64,000 nt of DNA, taken from contig NC_043004.1 of NCBI RefSeq assembly GCF_006345805.1, positions 50,034,001 through 50,098,000 of the forward strand. The letters run 5' to 3'. The position numbers were made by a program, and so were the translations under genes. Under the pieces are notes generated by a model. It was not told the DNA's origin and ran no database searches. It was given only the letters and a program-made list of their open reading frames with translations. This DNA is from Octopus sinensis (taxonomy: Eukaryota). This document shows positions 24,769-36,836 of this stretch, in pieces (positions within the stretch are counted from its first letter, which is position 1; each line of letters begins with the position of its first letter).

Positions 24769-25320
24769 TCTCTTTTACTTGTTTCAGTCATTTGACTGCG
24801 GCCATGCTAGAGCACCGCCTTTAGTCGAGCAAATCGACACCGGGACTTATTCTTTGTAAGCCCAGTACTTATTCTATCGGTCTCTTTTTTGCCGAACCGC
24901 TAAGTGACGGGGACGTAAACACACCAGCATCGGTTGTCAAGCAATGCTAGGGGTACAAACACAGACACATGGTTCCGGGTTCAGTCCAACTGCGTGGCAC
25001 CTTAGGCAAGTGTCTTCTACTATGGCCTCGGGCCGACCAAAGCCCTGTGAGTGGATTTGGTAGACGGAAACTGAAAGAAGCCCGTCGTATATATGTATAT
25101 ATATTATGTGTTTGTGCGTCTGTGTTTGTCCCCCTAGCATTGCTTGACAACTGATGCTGGTGTGTTTATGTCCCCGTGACTTAGCGGTTCGGCAAAAGAG
25201 ACCGATAGAATAAGTACTGGGCTTACAAACAATAAGCCCCGGGATCGAGTTGCTCGATTAAAGGTGGTGCTCCAGCATGGCCGCAGTCAAATGACTGAAA
25301 CAAGTAAAATAGTAAAAGAG
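24769..25320. mobile_element. Head-to-head fused SINE family A pair (minus 3' half 24769-24968 + plus copy 24966-25320)
   Basis: Junction ...CAAACACAGA-CAC-ATGGTTCCGGG with a 3-nt CAC overlap. Both halves end in the family A tail. Confidence 0.85.
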
Positions 25321-25827
25321 TATATATATAGAGAGAGATATAGATATAGATATATGGTTTACGTAAAACCTGTCGTACTCATGTTTCTGCGTGTATCCTG
25401 AAAAACCAACAGATGCAAATATCTAACGAACGGATGGTAATGATAGTGGTAATGACAATCAAGGAGGCTGCTGGTGAAAAAACGGGCTTAAACTGATGCC
25501 AAATGAGAGATCGAGGAAAGAAGAGAGAAAGAGATAGGTCGAGAGATGGAGAAGGGATTAAGTGATGATGCTAGTAATAGTATTGCTGCTGTACAAATGT
25601 GGCGGAATTTCCTTTGAAATGACGTGACACGAAATTAATAGACCAGTAGAGAGAAGAGGGGATGTGGTAGTTTCTGTCATTTTAAGGGTAGCAATGAAAG
25701 TCAAATCGGAGAAAATATTTCCGCCGTTCTTCCAATCTGTAAACGGTGGTAAACCGAGCCAAATGGAACCTCTGCCATATTAGTTCTCAATTATTGGATT
25801 GCTTTTACTTATTTTTACTTATTTTTA

Positions 25828-25873
<46 letters not shown>

Positions 25874-26063
25874 CATACATACATACATACATACGTACAT
25901 GTATGTGTATGTATGTATATACATATACACATAAATATATATATTGATATACATATATATGTGTATATGTATATATGTGTATATGTATATATGTGTATAT
26001 GTATATATGTGTGTGCATATATATATATATATATAATATATATATATATATTATATATATATC

Positions 26064-26112
<49 letters not shown>

Positions 26113-26546
26113 CCCCCTTTAAATTTGTGGTAAGCGTCCGTTCCACCGTCCCAAAATGTTTCACACAGAATATTATCTATGCACAAGTACAGAATCTATT
26201 AGTCAGTTGGTAGGAGCTAGCAAGATATTTTATTCACTCTGGTTGTGATCTAATTAATAGGATTTTGTTATTTCCAGACTCAAATTAAAATCATACCTTA
26301 TTATAACATATAGTATTAATTGCATTGTACTGTAATGTATATAGCATTAATATTATAATATGTCTGTCAGACAGCCCGCCGGGTAAAATGTTTAGCAGCA
26401 TTTCGTCTTGTTTTACTTTCTGTGTTGAAATTCTGCCGAGATCGACTTTGCCTTTCATCCTTTCGGGTTCAATAAAACAAGTACCTGAAATTACCGGCCT
26501 TGTGCCAAACTTTGAAATCAGTATTATATTTATAGTATATGTACAT

Positions 26547-26699
26547 AGGCGTAGGAGTGACTGTGTGGTAAGTATCTTGCTTACTATCAACATGGTTCCA
26601 GGTTCAGTCCCACTTGAGCAAGCGCCTTCTGCTATAGCCTCGGGCCGACCAAAGCCTTGTGAGTGGATTTGGTAGACGGAAACTGAAAGAAGCCCGTCG

Positions 26700-26732
<33 letters not shown>

Positions 26733-26937
26733 ATGTTTGGGTGTCTGTGTTTGTCCCCCCCCCCCAACATCGATTGACAACCGATGCTGGTGTGCATAAT
26801 TTAGAGGTTCGGCAAAAGAGACTGACAGATTAAGTACTAGGCTTACAAAGAATAAGTCCTTGGTTCGATTTACTCGACTAAAGGCTGTGCTCCAGCATGG
26901 CCACAGTCGAATGACTGAAACAAGTAAAAGAGTAAAA
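26547..26937 (+). mobile_element. SINE family A, full length
   Basis: AGGCGTAGGAGTGACTGTGTGG...GAAACAAGTAAAAGAG. Confidence 0.9.
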
Positions 26938-27789
26938 ATGTATATATTGTAGTTTAAATGTTATTCTAATATTTTCGAATGTATTTTTGGTATGATATTA
27001 TACAACAAAATGCTTAGCAATAATTAAATTGTCTCCACATTCTAAGTTCAAATCCTGCCTGGCTCAGCTTCCGCGGTCGATAAAATGTAGATCTGATGAA
27101 GAACTAGCCTGGCTTTAATGTGATGTCGCCCCTCACTCCCATCCCCCCCCAAACAATAATGTGGCATTCTAGCTCTGTTAGAAATCATGTATGTGTATGA
27201 ATGTAACTGAAAGAACATATGTGGGTGTAAGGGTATGCGTATGTAAGAAAAAGAGTGTGTATGAGTGCAAATGTTGCGAGTATGCGTGAGGGACAATGTG
27301 TGTGTGAGTGTGTGAGAATGGTTTACGTAGGAGACAATGATGCTTGAGCATGTGTGTATGAAAGAAAGATAGAGATACAGACAGAGAGCAGACAGACATT
27401 GTTTGAGTAGGGGGTGGCGAGAATGCTTTTGTGGGGGGGGGGTCCTATGCGGGAGTATAGAATCATGTGGGTTAGAAAGAATGTGTGTCTGTGTGAGAGA
27501 GAGGGAACAAGTATCTGTAAGCGATATGTGTGAGAGAAAGAGACAGACAGACAAGTCAGGGAATGCATGTATATGTCTGTGCTTGGGAGAGAGTGTATGA
27601 GTGTGTGTGTGTGAGAGAGAGGGGGGAGTGGAGGGAGAGAGACAGACAGACGATCAGTGTGTGACTTCCATAAAATAATGATTTCTAAAACAAGCACAAG
27701 GTCAAATATTTGTGAGTATGTGGTGAAATGTATGTCCTTAGAACCTGATTGATACTTTACTTTGTTGACTTTGTCAGGCGTTCAACAGC

Positions 27790-28150
27790 TGATGTTCACT
27801 GATGAAAAGAAATCTAACATCGAACAGACAGACTTTGGGGTGTATCTGGCTCCGTCGAGGGCATACTCATAAATCGATGTCAAAATCCAGTCAGTTATGT
27901 TTTGGGCGGCTGTGATAGCCACATGACGGTCTTCCCTCAATTTTGTGCCCTCAGTAGTTAAAATTAATATCCAGGGTTGGGTTTTTCTGTTTGGTCTCCA
28001 GCACTCTTCATGTTTCGTTCGGCGTTCTGAAGACAAAACTGCACCAGGAATAGGCTTCGATTCGAAACAGATGCGGCCATATCGAATAAATGTGGTAATG
28101 TCATAATTGTGTTTCCTTTGCCATTGCATTACAAAGCTCGGAAACAAAAT
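27790..28150 (-). mobile_element. Possible highly decayed mariner HTH remnant
   Basis: LREDRHVAITAAQNI...DGARYT...LDFFS loosely resembles the mariner REGRP.TA.T.ENI...DRR.T...L.IS segment. Confidence 0.35.
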
Positions 28151-28368
28151 ATAACAATATTTTGCTTCGACAAAATTGAAAAATGTTGGTCACCGTAAGT
28201 TTGGGACACGCTGTAGTAGCAAATGCTTACTCAAAGTGCAGCACAAGGTTTGTATATGGAAAAACATGGTTCAAATTGTTATTCTTCAAAACTCACTATG
28301 CTTTATGTCTATGCTTATATGCACATGTATACATAGAAATAGATTGATAGACAGACAGACAGACAGAC

Positions 28369-28489
<121 letters not shown>

Positions 28490-29114
28490 TGTATATACGT
28501 ATATATTTATATCCACCTGCTTATTCAGAATTCCATAATATATGACCTTCAAACAACTTATCAATCGTCAGGCCTCTGAGCAACAAGTGATATGTCGTTG
28601 AGAACAAAGCGGAAGCTCTATTCGCTTCCGTTTTGAGCATTCAAAGTATTCAGCAAAAAATTCAGTTAGTTGAAAAAATCATAAAATTTGGTCAAAAGAA
28701 GGTAACTGCGATTGTGTCACTTATGAAAATTGGACTGGTTAAATACTAACATCGAAGTTAATTAATCCGCTGAATTAAATTACTTAATTTGGAAGATTAC
28801 ATTATATTTAGATTATCATTCTTTATTAGAGGATTATATTATAATTAAGAAACTGCCGCTGGAAAGGAAATGGTGTGTCTAGTAATAGATTGATAACAAT
28901 GTAATATGACACTCACGGCGCTGATGGGACAAACTTAGCAGAAAGGAATGCTTGCGTATATCACTTTTCTGAATAGATGAATGCACACACAATTCTCACA
29001 TCACAAATTCAAGGAGCCAGGCGATATTGCCCTGTTTTCTTAGATACATTTACCTGCATGTCTGGTTCAAGTGTGTTTATTATATATAATATAATATATA
29101 TAGATATATATATA

Positions 29115-29145
<31 letters not shown>

Positions 29146-29492
29146 AATTAAATTAGAGATAAAAAGTTTAAAAATTTAAAAATATAAAAATTTAAAATTT
29201 TAATATTAAATTTAAAATTTTATTTTATATATATATATATATATATATTATATATTATATTAATTATATTTATTTTTGTTTTTTATGTTTTGCTTTATGT
29301 CTATCACTGTTTGAGTTGTCTAATAGTGGTTTTATCTCTAATTTGATTTATACTGTAAAATTTGATTTAATCCTAAATTTAATTTTTCCCTGTAAGTTTG
29401 GATATACTCCCTAATATCATTATATATATATATTATATATATATATATATATTATATATATATATATATATAGATATATATATATATATATA

Positions 29493-29533
<41 letters not shown>

Positions 29534-29581
29534 TTAGGGAGTATATCCAAACTCACTCGTATATATAATAATATATATATA

Positions 29582-30166
29582 TACGAGTGTGCGGACAAAC
29601 GAAAGAAGGGCACTTAACACATTTATTGCTACATGTATGGATCAAAACAGCTTGATTCAAATTCGTTGGTACTCCGAGAGTTTCAAGTGATGCTAATCTT
29701 CACCCATTTAGAATTTGAGTGAAAGAAATTGACTGTTATTATGGTAAGGTGGTTTGCCATTGGTCGGCGAAGGTCACGTGGTGTCGAGGGGTTTGATGTT
29801 GATATAACCACATCTCAGTGACGACAGTTAGTTGGAAAACACCGCATGGTCAACCGGAAATCGATCGCGTTGTGGACCGGAAATCGGTCATGTTGCTGGA
29901 GGGGAAGTAGGAAGAGGTAGTATGTCCTAGTATATAGTTGTACATAGGGGGGGGTGTACGCGCTCATATGGTTTTGCGTGCATGTCTGTATTCTAACATC
30001 AAACCACGACACCAAGTGACCTTCCTCGACTAATCGCAATTTATTGTTATTACCTTCTGGTAATAACAATCAACTTCTTTCATTCAAATTAAAAATGGCT
30101 GAAGATTAGCTATCACTGTTGAAACTCTCGGAGTACCGACGAATTTGAATCAAACTGATTTGATCC

Positions 30167-30209
<43 letters not shown>

Positions 30210-30803
30210 ATATATACGAGTGTGCGGACAAACGAAAGAAGGGCACTTAACACATTTATTGCTACATGTATGGATCAAAACAGCTTGATTCAAATTCGTT
30301 GGTACTCCGAGAGTTTCAAGTGATGCTAATCTTCACCCATTTAGAATTTGAGTGAAAGAAATGACTGTTATTATGGTAAGGTGGTTTGCCATTGGTCGGC
30401 GAAGGTCACGTGGTGTCGAGGGGTTGATGTTGATATAACCACATCTCAGTGACGACAGTTAGTTGGAAAACACCGCATGGTCAACCGGAAATCGATCGCG
30501 TTGTGGACCGGAAATCGGTCATGTTGCTGGAGGGGAAGTAGGAAGAGGTAGTATGTCCTAGTATATAGTTGTACATAGGGGGGGGTGTACGCGCTCATAT
30601 GGTTTTGCGTGCATGTCTGTATTCTAACATCAAACCACGACACCAAGTGACCTTCCTCGACTAATCGCAATTTATTGTTATTACCTTCTGGTAATAACAA
30701 TCAACTTCTTTCATTCAAATTAAAAATGGCTGAAGATTAGCTATCACTGTTGAAACTCTCGGAGTACCGACGAATTTGAATCAAACTGATTTGATCCATA
30801 TAA

Positions 30804-30806
<3 letters not shown>
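29582..30806. repeat. Tandem duplication of a ~631-bp unit; each unit has ~115-bp imperfect terminal inverted repeats
   Basis: Units at 29582-30175 and 30215-30806 differ only by small indels in homopolymer runs that I could see. Unit 1 arms are 29636-29751 and 30052-30169. Confidence 0.92.
30082..30150 (+). ncRNA. Hammerhead-like motif (second copy at 30713-30781)
   Basis: Core CUGAAGA 30099-30105, GAAA 30121-30124, stem III CTC-TCG-GAG, GUA. Stem I TGG/CCG plus ATTCAAATT/AATTTGAAT across an internal loop. Stem II (TTAGCTATCACTGTT) pairs poorly. Confidence 0.55.
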
Positions 30807-30852
<46 letters not shown>

Positions 30853-31782
30853 TCAAAATAAGCAACACGATGTCAAGTGGTTATGAAGTAGTACAACCGT
30901 TTCAAGCGGCTCCATTTAATTCAACAATGCAATCATTACATCAATTTAAATACAGTGCCATCTTCAGCAGCACAAATAAATAAATGCAATTTTAACAAGT
31001 AGGACACATTAATATAATTTTTCTCAAATATTTTAACAGAGCAAATAAATGGAAGAAATAGACTACAAACTCTAAGAATCGCATGGAGCATAGTGCGGTC
31101 GTAGGGTTGTAAGGGATTGTAATTCATTTCTAATTCGTTTATCCCTTTATCACAAATATTATTTATATTCATAAATATTATCATATGTATCCCTTTTCCC
31201 CAGGGAGGAAATAAGACATTAGGAGCAGTCAGTTGGATATATTAACTGTCTATAAAAAGAGGCAAGGTAGGGATAAAATTTAAATCATGATGTTAATTAC
31301 CAGTTAAAGAGTCAAGACGCTAAGAAGCCTAAGATGTTAATACAGAAGAAATTTTATTAGGGGCATTATACGTGATTGTTTATGACCATACCTAGTCATG
31401 AGCTGTCAATTCACTTTTGTTCTTTATTCAAAATAGATTTAGTAGTTGATAAAGAGATAAATTAATTAGAAATTAATTACAATCCCTTACAACCCTACAA
31501 CCCTACAACCCCACTATACTCCATGTGATTCTTAGAAGCTGTAGTCTATTCTTATCTGCAATAGCGACAACATGAATTTCTTCTATCTCCTTGCTCTGCT
31601 AATATATTTGAGAAAAATTTTATTAATGTGTCCTACTTGTTAAAATTCCATTTATTTATCCCTACAGATGAAGATGGTACTGCATTTAAATTGATGTAAT
31701 GATTGCATAGTTCAATTAAATGGAGCCGCTTGAAACGGTCGTACCACTGTATCACTACTTGATATCCTGTTGCTTATTTTGA
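30853..31782. repeat. Diverged long inverted repeat (~300-bp arms, ~290-bp spacer) with hammerhead-like core remnants
   Basis: Arms about 30853-31153 and 31446-31782. The minus strand of the left arm has CTGAAGA...GCTTGAAACGGTTGTA and the right arm has ATGAAGA...GCTTGAAACGGTCGTA. Confidence 0.85.
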
Positions 31783-31914
31783 TTTCATTCACCTTACTTT
31801 GGGCTGTGCGGATAATACCAGACTGACTCGGTGCTTCAACTTAAGTGCCTAATTCAACTGAATCTCAATTATTTCCTAACTCGTCAACCAAACCTATATA
31901 TATATAGTAATGAT

Positions 31915-32380
31915 AATAATATTGATAATGCAAAGATCCTATGGGATTTTATGATTCAGTGCGACCATAAAATATAAAATAAGAAACCAGATATAGTGTT
32001 AATTTAGAAAGAAAGCAAACGATGCTAGATTATAGATATATCATACCCAGCTAACAACAAAGTATGCGATAAGGAAGAAAGAAAAGTCGATAGATATAAC
32101 AGGTTAGCTTGGGAGGTTAAGTAGTTGTGGTCAATGAAAAAGGTTGTAGTAATACCACTAATTGTCGGAACCCTGGGGACAGTGAGTAAACATCTTGAGA
32201 AGTACATGGAACAAATAGGGGCTGCAATAAGGGTGGAGCACTTAGAGAAAACAGCACTGCTTGGAACCGCTCGAATACTCTGGATGGTGCTCGAAAAATA
32301 AGGGGTGTTACCTTAGTTCACTGATAGTGAACAGCTGGCACCGAAGTACATATCCAGCGTTAGAAGCTGTGCAAAGACAA
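31915..32380 (+). mobile_element. R4/Dong-type LINE 3' end (RLE domain)
   Basis: AKILWDF.IQCDHKI.NKKPDIVL...IDISYP...K.DRY..L...LW...VIPLIVGTLG...EKTALLGTARIL. Followed by (TAA)n to about 32468. Confidence 0.82.
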
Positions 32381-32409
32381 TAATGATAATAATAATAATG
32401 ATGATAATA

Positions 32410-32468
<59 letters not shown>

Positions 32469-32469
32469 T

Positions 32470-33415
32470 TCATTTATTTGCCCCAATGGCGAAGGCCGAA
32501 GGGGGGCAATACAAAGATAGACCTGACGTTTGGGGCTTTACATATAATTAAATGATAAAAGGAAGTGAAAGAAAGTAAGTATACACGGTATACACTGAAA
32601 AAGAAGGGACATATGCATAGCATACAAAGGCTTTAAAAAATGTGACTGGGAGGATGATAGAGATACAGAAGGCCTCTAGAGGTAATCGAGGAACCCCACT
32701 GTACTGGATTTCCTCGAAACCCCAGGAGCAAGTATCCACTCCAATTTCTTCTCTCCGACTCACAGTGCTACACTCTTGCTATTTTCACAGCTTTCACCCA
32801 CCTTTCCATAAACTCACTCGAGGACAGCACTTCTCTCTCCACTCTCAATTTCATTCTCAAGTAAAACTTGAAGAAATCAATGAGAACTCTATCAAAGAAC
32901 AATGTATCTGCCCCCGTGCCTTTCAGCCTTGTCCACCAAGCAGCCTCTTTCGCCACAACCACCAGGCGAAGGAAATCTGCCTTGCTTGCCTGATTGAAGG
33001 AGGGCAGCGGCGCGATCATCACTACATATTCGGCCGATAGACGGATCCATCCCACACGTGACAGCAGCTGTTCGACATAACTCCACAAGTCAGTAAAGCC
33101 CGGACACTGAACGAGGGCGCAAAGAACGGTTTCGTCACTCTGTGCGCACCTTGGACAAGCCCGTCTAGCAGCACGTCCTGTAGAGTTTATCTCGAACTAG
33201 TAGCACTGCCAGCCCAAGGACATCTGGAAATTATCCATGACAGTTCCCAACCGGAACTAGCCAGTTCGTTCTCGTTGGCGCTCAGAATCTCTCCGAGAAC
33301 GTCGTCGTACTTTCCCGCAACTAATTCTCTATAAATTTATAAAGTGGAACATCCACCGATCCTATTGCCCGTCTGGTACAGGGTTGTGAACATCTGGCAG
33401 CATTCTAGGTGCTAG
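32470..33415 (-). mobile_element. L1/Tx1-type LINE 3' fragment
   Basis: CPRCAQSDETVLCALVQCP zinc-knuckle-like motif, then LWSYVEQLL...FFKFYLRMKLRVER...FMERW. GC-richer than its flanks. Confidence 0.72.
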
Positions 33416-33456
33416 GCGCCCAGTCTCGGTCTTAAAAAAAGCGAAATTCTGCCTTC

Positions 33457-33885
33457 GGATCTTTTCGGTTTGAACGGCAGTTTTTTCTAGCGGTGTCATA
33501 TGAAATTGTCACCCATAATTATGGCCCTAGTATCGATCTATTGCATTTCAATCTCTTTTAGGGTTAGTGTTAGTCAGGGTTAGGGTTGGAGGGGGGGAGG
33601 ATATCTTTTTTTTCTTCACAAATGTAAATAAACCCAATCTGTTTCTTAAACGAGGGACATATTCATACGGCACAGAATGCTTTTTAACTCAATAGACGTC
33701 ACTAATTGGTTGAAATTGCAGAAATTGAAGAAAAAAACAACAAATATCTTACAAAGTATAGAATTTTCTCAATAAAGCCAAGAGAAAAGATCTTTTATAA
33801 ACACATTCTACCAGTATACGAAGTTTAAAATTTTTTAGTTACCTAGAAATTATGTTAAAAACTGCCGTTCAAACCGAAAAGATCC
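33457..33885. mobile_element. MITE with perfect 29-bp TIRs and 8-bp TSD (Merlin-like)
   Basis: TIR GGATCTTTTCGGTTTGAACGGCAGTTTTT at 33457-33485, inverse at 33857-33885. TSD CTGCCTTC at 33449-33456 and 33886-33893. Confidence 0.85.
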
Positions 33886-33935
33886 CTGCCTTCCGTCTGA
33901 GAACCCTGTATTTCAGCTGGAGTGCGGCTTTTAAG

Positions 33936-33996
<61 letters not shown>

Positions 33997-34067
33997 TCAT
34001 GCGTGCATACATATGTGAGTACTTGTATGTGCGTGTGATAGATCAGGAAAATAACAAAAGTTTCTAC

Positions 34068-34296
34068 CTGTTATACGGCTGGTATGATTCAATCCATTGG
34101 CTGCAAATGCTGCAATGTGAGCTCCGAGGCTGTGACCAATCAAATGTAACTTTGTGAAGAATCTTAACTTAGTAGGATTCAGTTTTATCAGCAGGTTGGT
34201 TATCTGTTTACCAACAACTCGAGCATTTGCCACCGCTTGTTCATAAGGAAATCCAGCTCCTCTACTCCAGTCCACAGTAATAATGTTTGCTGGTTC
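34068..34296 (-). CDS. Lipase exon 2 with nucleophile elbow (GHSLG)
   Basis: Acceptor TTTGCCATCAG|. Translation EPANIITVDWSRGAGFPYEQAVANARVVG...LHLIGHSLGAHIAAFAANGLNHTSRIT-G. Donor |GTAGAA. 229 nt, phase 0 to 1. Confidence 0.95.
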
Positions 34297-35170
34297 CTGA
34301 TGGCAAATAAAAAAAAAAGCAGAAAAGAAAACATAAGTATAACAAACAAAAAAGTCATTGTCTTTTATTATTTATCATTAGAATGAGAAGTATCAAACAA
34401 AACGTTCTGAGTTCAAATTCCGCTGAAGTTGATTTTTCTCTTTCACTCTTTTGAAACCAGTAAAAGGAATCCAATAATGAGGTCCATAGAACAGACGATA
34501 CAACTTCACCGTTCATCAACTCATTAAACGTATGTCATTTTTAGAAATCGTATTATCCTCTTATTAGAATCGCCACAGCGTAGGATAAATTGTCTTGTAG
34601 TCTTTTCACCGGGTTCTTTATGTTCGGAACATCAGTCTCATCGTGGTTCAACTTTGCCTTGAGTCTCTAGCCTGAATTATATGCAGCAGTTCCTGTGGCT
34701 GCTTCTGTCGCATAATCTGAATTTATTCCATTTGTGCATCGCCATTGCAAATCAGCAAATAGTTTTTACACACTCACACTACACTCCAACCTAGAGATTT
34801 CAATTTCGTTTTGGAAGTGAGTCAAGCGCTCAGTATTTGCAGGCACTGCGAAATACTTTTATTCCGCTCTCTTGTTCGCATCTGAGATGATTTCACTTCT
34901 AGTTGTGAAGTATATTGTGCTTTTTAACACTATATGTCTTTAGAGGAATTTTTCCCGGGCGATAAACAGCAACTCTTCGTGTTTAAGCAACGCACGTAGT
35001 TAAGTATGTGATATGTTTACATTATAAAACTGCACCCTCTATTGTATAATTTGTATATATGTGTCTGTGTATATATACATGTATGTATGTATGTATCTAT
35101 CTATCTACCTATCTGTAAATATATATATAAATATACATGCATACATACATACATATTATATAATATATAT

Positions 35171-35240
<70 letters not shown>

Positions 35241-35256
35241 ATATATGTAAGTAACT

Positions 35257-35825
35257 ATGAGAGAGGATAGTACTATCAAAATACCATCACTAGTTCTACC
35301 GAATACCAGCCGTACAGGCAAATTAATTAAGTAATGATATATATATACAAGGGGACTACATGAGCACCTGCACCGCTAAAAGTAGAAGTCAGAAATACTT
35401 CTGTGCCACGGGATAGTCACAAAATTAATACAGGCATGATAGGAAAAGATTCCAGTGAGCAATAATATCGCCTTACCTCTGCTAGGTCAGCAGAAGTAAT
35501 GCTGGTTAATTTGATATCATGATTTCGAATTCAGCGCCAAACGGTGTCTGATTCACTTCAGTCGAAATCTACCAGCTAACGACTACTAAAATTTGCCCCC
35601 ACCATGCCTGCAAATTCGTTTGAAGTAATTAAGCACTATTTAAACAAACAAAATACGTGAAATTGTTTATAAGTAAATATGAGAGCGATATTACTATCAA
35701 AATACCATCACTAGTGACAGAGAATACCAGCAAATTAATTTTGTGACTATTCCGTAGCATGGAAGTATTTCTGACTTCTATTTTTAGCGATGTAGGTGCT
35801 TATGTAGTACCCTTGTGTATATCTA
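35257..35825. repeat. Composite direct + inverted repeat
   Basis: Direct repeat ATGAGAG.GATA.TACTATCAAAATACCATCACTAGT near 35257 and 35679. A ~90-bp inverted repeat at about 35341-35430 and 35735-35825. Confidence 0.8.
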
Positions 35826-35889
35826 TATATATATATATATATTCAGAATTCATGACATGGTATAACGGTCTTAAAGTGGTATATGTATA

Positions 35890-36753
35890 TGAGAGTGTAC
35901 CCAAAAGAAACCGGAATTTTGCAGTATTATTTTATTCGCTTAATTATACATGTTTACACTTTTATCGCTTTCAAAATATTCTCCATTTGAAGCAATGCAC
36001 CGGTCCATGCGCGTTTTCCACTATTCAAAGCAGCGCTGGAACTCTTGCGAAATGATGACTTTTAGTGCCTCCGTCGTTTTTTTCTTCACCTCTTCTACAT
36101 CAGCAAATTCCGTAGTACCAGCTTACGTCACCAGTGATGATCTTCGAAAAAAGGTCGAGATCAAATACCCACGCATTCAGTCGTGACAGCTTTTGATTCT
36201 CAGTGAGCAAGCGAGGCATAAATTTTGCTGTAACTCTTCATTCGCAATTTCTCAAAATTGCTCAAAATTCGTTGGCAGGAGCTCCAGGACACACCAGTCA
36301 TATCAACAATTCGTCAGTTTTTCGGCGACGGTCCTCCAAGATCAGTTCATGAATTTTCATGATGTTTTCATTCGTTCGGGAGGTCAACGATCGTCCTGAA
36401 CAAGGTTGGTCTTCAAGTGACAAGTTACCATTCCTAAAGTGTGGGAACCACTTGTAAACTTCAGTTTTACTCATGACAGCGTCCTTGTAAGCTGTTTCAA
36501 GCCTAACAGCTGTTTCGGCCGCTGTTTTCCCAAACAGAAAACAGTATTTCACGGAAGCATGCAAAAATCGACGAACAGGGAAGAAGCACAACAAAACAAA
36601 GAAACACCACGTGACAGTAGGACTACACCCGACGACGTAGTCGGCAGACTACTGCCTGAGGGACGCATCAAATGGCTTCTAGCAGCGGAAGCCTGAACTA
36701 TAACGGGTTTGTCCCACAGGGAACATTTCCGGTTACTTTTGTGTACTTCCTCA
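35890..36753 (-). mobile_element. Internally deleted mariner with TIRs and TA TSD
   Basis: TIRs (T)GAGAGTGTACCCAAAAGAAACCGGAA and the inverse of TTCCGGTTACTTTTGTGTACTTCCTCA, with TA on both sides. Translation VKYCFLFGKTAAET...SKTEVYKWF..F..G..SLEDQPCSGR...EDRRR, plus a C-terminal RCIASNGEYFE motif. Confidence 0.88.
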
Positions 36754-36805
36754 TATATGTGTGTGCATGTGTGTAAGTATGTATGTATGTATGTATGTAT
36801 GTATG

Positions 36806-36836
<31 letters not shown>

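Noticed and set aside
29582-30806. Spaced repeats as a CRISPR-like array
   Set aside because: The context is eukaryotic, there is no short constant repeat with unique spacers, and there are no cas genes.
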